Virus record (IMG/VR): IMGVR_UViG_3300032295_002704
Coordinates: 1-62,894 of that record
Reading direction: 5' to 3' (one strand)
DNA: 62,894 nucleotides
DNA from: a virus
Taxonomy: Duplodnaviria > Caudoviricetes
Part shown: piece by piece, positions 57,097 to 62,894 of the stretch
Layout of the letters: each line of letters starts with the position of its first letter
Numbering within the stretch: the first letter of the stretch is position 1
Position numbers and translations under genes: made by a program
The notes under the pieces: model-generated
The model's database searches: none
The model's input: the letters and a program-made list of their open reading frames with translations, nothing else
Told to the model about the DNA's origin: nothing

Positions 57097-58205
57097 TAAT
57101 AAACCCTTGTTCTATATAGAGGAACATATGTACCCATTGCACCTATGTTGTTATTGAAAAATCTACGATTACCAACACCGCTTGCATCTATGACATAGCG
57201 GAAGTCGTTAGTGCCGGTACTGACAAACATAACGCTGCCAGAACTTGTTGTGTTGTTAAATACAAATTGGGTGTCAATACCTGTTCCAAGAGGAGTGTTT
57301 TCAAAGTGATTATTGAAAATGTGTACCGGGCGAAGACCGGTTGGAGTTTGCTCGACACCGTTACCGTCTGCCTGAGTAATAACTCTTCTGCCGTTCATAA
57401 ATAGACACTCGTTAATATTTACGCGTCCAGTCATGTTAATATCATTTCTGACAGCAATACAATAGCCGGTATTTGAAGCAAACGTACAATGTCTAATCAT
57501 GCCGATACCTTGAGAAGAAGCAGCTAGTAAGACACCTCTTGGAGTCAAAAATAGACAATTGGTGACGGTCGAGTTGTTGTTCAATCCAACACCGATACCG
57601 CTACCGAAAACTATACAGTTATTTAAGTGAGCCTCCGTAGAAGCCAAAGAGAAGGCATACCCACCCTGACTTGATACAACAGAAGTACAGTTTGTAGCTT
57701 GACCTCGAAAACCCACACCAAAAGCAGCCAAAGATGATGAGTTAACACCTGTGTAGTTATGCACATGCACATTGTCGAATATGTTACACTGCCCGTTAAA
57801 ATTGAAAATAGTGGTGTTCGCTGTTCCGGAAACTACTAGATTTGCGAACATCACATATTGTGATGTGGAAGAACCAATAGAAACAGTGTTAGATAAATTG
57901 ATAAGTGGTAATCCAGAAGTATTATAACTTCCGTTAGGATTGAGTCTTACGTTTAAAGGTTCCAGAGTATTAGCATCATACCCTATAATTCTAGCAGGAA
58001 GTAAAAAACTCGTATTGCCAGTTGAAGTAATTGTCGAAGTAATGTTATAAGTACCGTTGTTTAAAACCCGGTATTCCACGCCACCACTTATACTTGCTAA
58101 GGCTTCTGCCATAGTCCAAGCTCGGTTAGCCCCAGCAATGCCAGTAGTAGAACCGTTACCTCCGGTTACTGATAGTGCAGAAATATATCTAATAGTTGTT
58201 GTCAT
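57096..58205 (-). CDS. Right-handed beta-helix (pectin-lyase-like) protein
   Basis: GNG....AW.MAEAL, GTYN; repeated NC/HC/EC Asn-ladder coils; DFR and IGA C-terminus. Confidence 0.7.
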   Translation of the reverse strand: MTTTIRYISALSVTGGNGSTTGIAGANRAWTMAEALASISGGVEYRVLNNGTYNITSTITSTGNTSFLLPARIIGYDANTLEPLNVRLNPNGSYNTSGLPLINLSNTVSIGSSTSQYVMFANLVVSGTANTTIFNFNGQCNIFDNVHVHNYTGVNSSSLAAFGVGFRGQATNCTSVVSSQGGYAFSLASTEAHLNNCIVFGSGIGVGLNNNSTVTNCLFLTPRGVLLAASSQGIGMIRHCTFASNTGYCIAVRNDINMTGRVNINECLFMNGRRVITQADGNGVEQTPTGLRPVHIFNNHFENTPLGTGIDTQFVFNNTTSSGSVMFVSTGTNDFRYVIDASGVGNRRFFNNNIGAMGTYVPLYRTRVY

Positions 58206-58215
58206 TTATGAATCC

Positions 58216-59631
58216 TTAAACTTCTGGTAAACCGCCCCCACCACCGGGATTACTGATAATTCCGCTTCCATCTTGGTACACAGTATTTTTGATATTGTTG
58301 TAATATCTAACTCGTGAAGATATGTATCTTACATGCTCTAACATCTTTGTATAATTTTCAGTATTAACTCCGGCACCATAAAACCATTTCCAGTGGTTAA
58401 TACCACGGCTGGCTCCATAGTTCCAAACAAACTCCAAATCACTTTGAGAAGGAGTAAATGTATTTGAGTTAGCAATGTATTGGCCAGAAGGCTGAGTCCA
58501 AGGTATTACAGGAAGACGGTTACCGCTTACGCACGCATCAAGTAGACGAGTGTTAAAGGTTCGCCAAATCTGAGAGTTTCCAGTACCAAAACCCGCATTG
58601 TCATCCCATCTACCGCCCGTCAATTGAGGACCATATAGGTTTGGTGCTTGGTGGTCCATGTCACTTACCTTAACGTTTCCGGTTGACATAGAGAAAGCAC
58701 TTGCTAAGTTAAAACCGTCATATACAACGTTACCACCTATTTGGGCGGTCTGTTGATAATTACCACAGTTCATTCTTGGGAAAAATTGCTTAAGTGGTTC
58801 GTACAAAGCCTTTGTCATTGCATAATCACGGCTAAGATTACCTAGATAAGTGAAGAATGACATGAAACCAGAGTTACTTGCGTGGAAAACACTTTGTGTA
58901 AGATTTGGAGGAGAACCTCCTCTTGCTAAGTAATCACTATATAGGCCGGACATCGTTCTGTCAACAAATTGCCCGCTAATGGTCACTCGGCCTATAGTTT
59001 CTGTGTTAAATCTAGGATCACCTGTTACAGAAATCCACCAACCAACACCGCTTCCAGTAAGGATTGAATCGATACCATCTTCATAGTCAATATCAACTAA
59101 TTCTGGATAAGCCAAGGTTTCGTAATATATACCGCTACGGGTGTCCAATTCACGCTTTAATCCGCTAGCAAACTCAAGTGTCCAAGCAGACCAAAATTGA
59201 CGGCCAGCAGCAGTGAAGGGAGTGTTTAAAAATCCGCCAATAGCATCCGAGGGGTGATGCATTAAAGAGTAACCAGTACTCCAAGTTCCGCTATTACCCC
59301 AGTTTTGGAGAATTAAAAATCCCCAATAGTTATCATTGTAAAAGGTGTTATAACCTTTGTAGTAACCAAAATATTCTTGCCAGTCTGCTACACGAGAAGC
59401 AGCACCCGAGGGTGTGTTTGTCGTAGTACTAAAACCACTTGGCAAAGATGAAACCTGATATCCAGAAGTCAATGCTGCGTTTATGTTACCTAAGAAAGCT
59501 CTTGCTGGTAACACAACATTGTAGTGGTTGTGTATTTGTGTAGAAGAAGGAGGAACGGCCCACAGGTAGTGAAGGCTTTGTACGTTTGGCTTAGTTGTTC
59601 TTAAGTATCTGTTATTTCTAGAAATTGCCAT
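58216..59631 (-). CDS. Putative virion-associated glycoside-hydrolase-like protein
   Basis: IDYE, P..QFFP...GNY, DHQAPNLY, PVIPW, ASRGI TIM-barrel-like segments. Confidence 0.4.
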   Translation of the reverse strand: MAISRNNRYLRTTKPNVQSLHYLWAVPPSSTQIHNHYNVVLPARAFLGNINAALTSGYQVSSLPSGFSTTTNTPSGAASRVADWQEYFGYYKGYNTFYNDNYWGFLILQNWGNSGTWSTGYSLMHHPSDAIGGFLNTPFTAAGRQFWSAWTLEFASGLKRELDTRSGIYYETLAYPELVDIDYEDGIDSILTGSGVGWWISVTGDPRFNTETIGRVTISGQFVDRTMSGLYSDYLARGGSPPNLTQSVFHASNSGFMSFFTYLGNLSRDYAMTKALYEPLKQFFPRMNCGNYQQTAQIGGNVVYDGFNLASAFSMSTGNVKVSDMDHQAPNLYGPQLTGGRWDDNAGFGTGNSQIWRTFNTRLLDACVSGNRLPVIPWTQPSGQYIANSNTFTPSQSDLEFVWNYGASRGINHWKWFYGAGVNTENYTKMLEHVRYISSRVRYYNNIKNTVYQDGSGIISNPGGGGGLPEV

Positions 59632-59642
59632 GGGTTACTATT

Positions 59643-59652
59643 ATATACACTT
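59643..59652 (-). promoter_or_regulatory. Late promoter motif copy (AAGTGTATAT)
   Basis: About 12 nt upstream of ATG 59631, head of the accessory virion block. Confidence 0.6.
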
Positions 59653-60190
59653 AAAGCCAGCCCCATCGTTGACCGCTACAAATCATACTTATTTGACTTT
59701 TAGAAAGTCCGAAAATTCTTGAGACAGTGTCCAGAGAAACACCATCGGCCCTCATCTTACGGATTTCCAAAACTTTAGACCCGTCAATTTTGTTTTTGAA
59801 GTTATTCTCGCCACGGAATCCCATCCGCTTATGCGGACGAATGGCAAAGTTATCCTTGTGGTACGGGAACTCCGTGTTCACGGGTTCATATACGAGTTTC
59901 ATTTTGTAACGGTCATAATCGTGGAATGCTTCGCCCATTAATTGGGTCATATAGACTGGGCGAAACAATCCCTTTGCCTTGTCAAAAAGTTTAACTACCC
60001 CGTAGTTGTCTAAAAAATACAAGGTTATCACCTTGGGGGTTTTAACATTTTTGTACTTTACGACATGACCACTTTCATATATCTTGTAGTGGGGGTGATT
60101 TTCCAAAACGACAAAACCGCCTTGGGGCGGTTTCTTTTGCCACGACTTATCGTGAGAAATTATGTTATTATCAGGAGTTTCACTCTGCAT
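59651..60190 (-). CDS. Degenerate NUMOD4/HNH-derived protein with C-terminal HTH
   Basis: HPHYKIYESGHV (NUMOD4-like), MTQLMGEAF (cf. HRLVAEAF), GENN..KI...VLEIR...IFGLSKSQIS.I..G..W. Confidence 0.55.
   Translation of the reverse strand: MQSETPDNNIISHDKSWQKKPPQGGFVVLENHPHYKIYESGHVVKYKNVKTPKVITLYFLDNYGVVKLFDKAKGLFRPVYMTQLMGEAFHDYDRYKMKLVYEPVNTEFPYHKDNFAIRPHKRMGFRGENNFKNKIDGSKVLEIRKMRADGVSLDTVSRIFGLSKSQISMICSGQRWGWL
60114..60138. terminator. Bidirectional terminator-like hairpin
   Basis: AAACCGCC-TTGG-GGCGGTTT with A/T runs on both sides. Confidence 0.55.
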
Positions 60191-60196
60191 ACCATT

Positions 60197-60206
60197 CAAT
60201 ACACTC
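60197..60206 (-). promoter_or_regulatory. Late promoter motif copy (GAGTGTATTG)
   Basis: 6 nt upstream of ATG 60190. Confidence 0.55.
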
Positions 60207-60208
60207 GG

Positions 60209-60886
60209 CTACGCCGATTTGATAATCGAATAGTACACTTCCCTTTTCATGTTTTTAATAAACATCCTATCGGGGTTTTCTGGTAATTGTTTTTTTGATT
60301 CTAATTCACGAACGTCTTGTAAAAGAGAATTGTAAACAGATGTAATGTCTTCTGTAGAAGGTGCGTTTGCTCGGATTGATTTTAGCAAAATAATTCGCGA
60401 AGCGTCATTAAAATCAATATTTTGATATTTTAGAATGTCTTTTACTTGGTAAAGCAAACGAATCGCATGATAAGCCGGTTTACTAGTTTGAAGTGATTTA
60501 AATGTAAGAAATGACTGTACAGCAAATCCAATGTGTGCTGACACCCATCTTTGTGAAATAAACTTAGAAGGATTTGACATGACCTGCTTTGCAATGTCAT
60601 CTTGAACCAAGGTGTTCTTGCTTGGAGCAAACAACAATTCAACAATGTTGGGAGAACCACTCTCTAGAAGATTTAAGAACTTCGTATAGTTATAAATAAC
60701 TACGTCAGGATCTTTTGACTCATGCTGCTCAAAATTCTCAAGACCAAGTACCTGATCTGCCGTGGGTAGAGTAAAACCACGATAGTCCATATCAGAGTCT
60801 TCGTTTGCCACCCCGTAGAGATGACTACCAGTTAGTACTACCAAACTAGGATTGTTTGGGTGTTTGTAATTCGTTAGATATTCCAT
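60209..60886 (-). CDS. Pol-beta superfamily nucleotidyltransferase (RlaP/YcgL-like)
   Basis: GSHLYG....SDMDYRG, KF..LL..G.PN.VELLF, YHAIRLL, LPE.PD. Confidence 0.85.
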   Translation of the reverse strand: MEYLTNYKHPNNPSLVVLTGSHLYGVANEDSDMDYRGFTLPTADQVLGLENFEQHESKDPDVVIYNYTKFLNLLESGSPNIVELLFAPSKNTLVQDDIAKQVMSNPSKFISQRWVSAHIGFAVQSFLTFKSLQTSKPAYHAIRLLYQVKDILKYQNIDFNDASRIILLKSIRANAPSTEDITSVYNSLLQDVRELESKKQLPENPDRMFIKNMKREVYYSIIKSA

Positions 60887-61103
60887 TAAGTAGTCCTCTA
60901 AATGTTTCCGTGTCCCATTCGTCTATTTCTGGATTAAATCTTATTAAGCCTTCTTTAAGAGAATCTAAAAACTCTGTGTGTTCCATCATATCATGGGAAG
61001 TATAAATACTTTCCCAAACTCTTTTGTTATTTTCATCAACGATGAAATATTTAATACAACAGCACTCATCCCCGCATCCCCAGTCTTTTAAATAATACTT
61101 CAT
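60846..61103 (-). CDS. Hypothetical protein
   Basis: 85 aa with CGDECCC; AAGGA SD. Confidence 0.55.
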   Translation of the reverse strand: MKYYLKDWGCGDECCCIKYFIVDENNKRVWESIYTSHDMMEHTEFLDSLKEGLIRFNPEIDEWDTETFRGLLNGISNELQTPKQS

Positions 61104-61105
61104 CC

Positions 61106-61495
61106 TTAACTTCTCCGATCACGCCAATCCTTGTCCCATTCCTCTGCTCGTTTAATGACAAGTTCATCCGTAAGTCGATAAGCAGAGGGGTGCGGGGAAA
61201 CTTCCCCGGTTATATCGTAATGCCGTTCACCAATCTTTGTAGTAATGTGTCCGGGGACATCATACCAAATCTCACCCCCAAATTTGCTTTGCAAGATTTT
61301 CGATACTATGAAACATTTACCATTTTGTCCAGCGTATTCTACGTCGGGATGTAACCTGCGAAGCAGGGCAATGAAATCCACCACGGAGTGGTGGAGATCT
61401 TCGGCAAAACGCTTTCTGGCAGCATCCCAAAAACCATCAGGAAAATAATACGGTGAATTCAAGATTTCTTGGGGCCAATTTCCGCTCCGTGGCAT
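61106..61495 (-). CDS. Hypothetical protein (Cys-His-Asp pattern)
   Basis: GKCF...GH...YDITG pattern; SD AAGGA. Confidence 0.6.
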   Translation of the reverse strand: MPRSGNWPQEILNSPYYFPDGFWDAARKRFAEDLHHSVVDFIALLRRLHPDVEYAGQNGKCFIVSKILQSKFGGEIWYDVPGHITTKIGERHYDITGEVSPHPSAYRLTDELVIKRAEEWDKDWRDRRS

Positions 61496-61542
61496 TAATA
61501 TCCTTTCAGTGTCACGTGCGACACGGTTTTGAACGAAACAAT

Positions 61543-61671
61543 TTATTTACGTTTTCTCCATCTGGTATATATGCTTCGATGATAAGTATACCAAAACATC
61601 CAGCATACGAAAATAATTCCAGCGACAAAGAAAGTTGCGTATATCAAACCCATTCCCATAATAGGTGTCAT
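61543..61671 (-). CDS. Small single-pass membrane protein (42 aa, not in ORF track)
   Basis: MTPIMGMGLIYATFFVAGIIFVCWMFWYTYHRSIYTRWRKRK*; TAATG coupling. Confidence 0.6.
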   Translation of the reverse strand: MTPIMGMGLIYATFFVAGIIFVCWMFWYTYHRSIYTRWRKRK

Positions 61672-61844
61672 TAATATCCTTTTAATTTCCTTCTGAAATG
61701 ATCTTTAGGAGGCTTTCTCCCACACACTTTACAAGTATCGCCATATTGAACTGTATTACGATCACATCTACAATCTATACCAGAATGTCTTCTAGTTTTT
61801 GAGTGTAATTTGTTTTGTCTATTAGGGTGGTTAAAGTACCGCAT
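61671..61844 (-). CDS. Basic zinc-finger mini-protein (57 aa, not in ORF track)
   Basis: MRYFNHPNRQ...CRCD...CKVCG...RRKLKGY*. Confidence 0.65.
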   Translation of the reverse strand: MRYFNHPNRQNKLHSKTRRHSGIDCRCDRNTVQYGDTCKVCGRKPPKDHFRRKLKGY

Positions 61845-62002
61845 TAGTAACCCTTCAGTTTTCTCTTTAACTGCGTTTTACCACAATTACGACATTTACC
61901 TATTCGTCCAACTAAGGCACCATCACACTTGCTGCACCAAAATTTGCTTTTATTACCATCGCGTAAGCGATGTTGGCGATTAGGATGATTATCAAACCGC
62001 AT
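61844..62002 (-). CDS. Basic zinc-finger mini-protein (52 aa, not in ORF track)
   Basis: MRFDNHPNRQ...CSKCD...CRNCG...KRKLKGY*. Confidence 0.65.
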   Translation of the reverse strand: MRFDNHPNRQHRLRDGNKSKFWCSKCDGALVGRIGKCRNCGKTQLKRKLKGY

Positions 62003-62322
62003 TACCCGCCCCTTAACATAGTTCCCCCTCCCGGTAAGACCGAAAGCGGAGGGGGACGAGGAACGAAGTCTACGGGGATGGTCTTACCGGTTTTCTTTTC
62101 GTACCGCAATATACGATTACTTGTTACCGAATACGTAATATAGTTATCGGAAATGTCGTCCGTATCCCACGTAGTAACGTTCAGTATACCTTCCCATTCT
62201 GTGACACAGAAACCGGCGTTAGCCGTTTGGAGTTCTACGAGATATGTCAGTTGAGGCACAAACTGCCCCGACACTTTACCTTCTGCAAGAAGGTGGGGCA
62301 AGTCTTTCTTTTTAAATATCAC
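62002..62322 (-). CDS. Hypothetical protein
   Basis: 106 aa, AAGGA SD. Confidence 0.55.
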   Translation of the reverse strand: MIFKKKDLPHLLAEGKVSGQFVPQLTYLVELQTANAGFCVTEWEGILNVTTWDTDDISDNYITYSVTSNRILRYEKKTGKTIPVDFVPRPPPLSVLPGGGTMLRGG

Positions 62323-62333
62323 AGGCGTGTCCT

Positions 62334-62573
62334 TTAATCTACCCTTTTGAGACTACCCTCAAACCAAAAAATATTTTGCGGGGCAGAGGTTTTTGGTTTT
62401 GGCGGAATCGGTCTTGGTCGGCTATTGGTTTCTTGTTCTTTTAAAAATTTGGTGAAAAGTTCTTCTAATGATACTTTTGGTTTTGTCATTAAAGCCAGAT
62501 CTTTGTCGCTTAAATACTCAACTTGGCAGGTGTTTAACTCAAAGACATTCGAAACTATATTGGTGGTAAACAT
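62334..62573 (-). CDS. Hypothetical protein
   Basis: Probable start MFTT at 62573 (TAATG coupling, AGGAG SD). Confidence 0.55.
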   Translation of the reverse strand: MFTTNIVSNVFELNTCQVEYLSDKDLALMTKPKVSLEELFTKFLKEQETNSRPRPIPPKPKTSAPQNIFWFEGSLKRVD

Positions 62574-62812
62574 TAACAACTCCTGTCGCACAGCGAACAA
62601 CCGCATTGCTTGCTGTGATAGCTTCTAATTATTTCATTACTTCGCTTAATAGAAGCAATTCTTTCGTTAAACCATTTTTCTAACTCGGGGTTCCTTTTTA
62701 AAGACTTCTCAAACGTCTTGCGGGTTGCCTCATAAATGGCAACGTTGGAATTAGTTTTCAACTCTAAAAGAGTATAACCTTCAAAGTTGAAAATATTAGA
62801 AACGATATTCAT
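62573..62812 (-). CDS. Hypothetical protein
   Basis: 79 aa, C-terminal H..CGC..C. Confidence 0.55.
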   Translation of the reverse strand: MNIVSNIFNFEGYTLLELKTNSNVAIYEATRKTFEKSLKRNPELEKWFNERIASIKRSNEIIRSYHSKQCGCSLCDRSC

Positions 62813-62894
62813 ACTTCGTTTGATCCCAAAACGCCTCGCGAACTTCTTTCGGAAGCACGCCTATCTAAAGCGTTATTTCTCTTTCAGAGAATTA

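Noticed and set aside
61493-61681. Direct repeat CATTAATATCCTT at 61493 and 61669
   Set aside because: Explained by a reused SD/stop/start junction (AAGGATATTAATG)
1-62894. tRNA, rRNA, CRISPR array or integrase/transposase
   Set aside because: Intergenic gaps are tiny; no cloverleaf, repeat-spacer array or recombinase motifs seen by eye
1-62894. Stop-codon reassignment
   Set aside because: Standard code gives long, tightly packed ORFs ending in TAA, TGA and TAG (e.g. 60209, 60846)

Overview
Interior segment of a large, AT-rich tailed phage genome. It is most likely siphovirus-like: there is a tail tube and an 1842-aa tape measure, and no sheath is recognisable. Two convergent arms meet at about 17.4 kb. 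The + arm (1-17.5 kb) carries replication/recombination genes: a DEDDh exonuclease, the C-terminal half only of a DnaE-type polymerase, a sigma-like factor, a Rad52/Sak-like annealase, a Whirly-like SSB and an ATP-dependent ligase. These surround an ~11-kb glycan cluster (three GT4, two GT2, GT11, methyltransferases, nucleotidyltransferase, HAD, GDPD-like, cupin). The - arm (17.4-59.6 kb) is the morphogenesis module: accessory virion genes, second sigma-like factor, gmd between two HNH genes, ERCC4 nuclease, terminase, portal, protease/scaffold, decoration, capsid, neck, tail, tape measure, tail-tip and Cys-rich proteins. Small accessory ORFs follow. The most striking signals are four. (1) A dense Ser/Thr-Gly dipeptide signature in predicted surface-exposed virion proteins but not in capsid, portal or terminase, which together with the glycan cluster suggests a phage-encoded virion O-glycosylation system. 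(2) A single-box late promoter motif (GTGTAT) found nine times near late gene starts, including in front of a nested scaffold gene and overlapping a terminator. (3) A Whirly-fold SSB. (4) An intein-less split DnaE. All functional calls are from motif recognition by eye; no database search was run.
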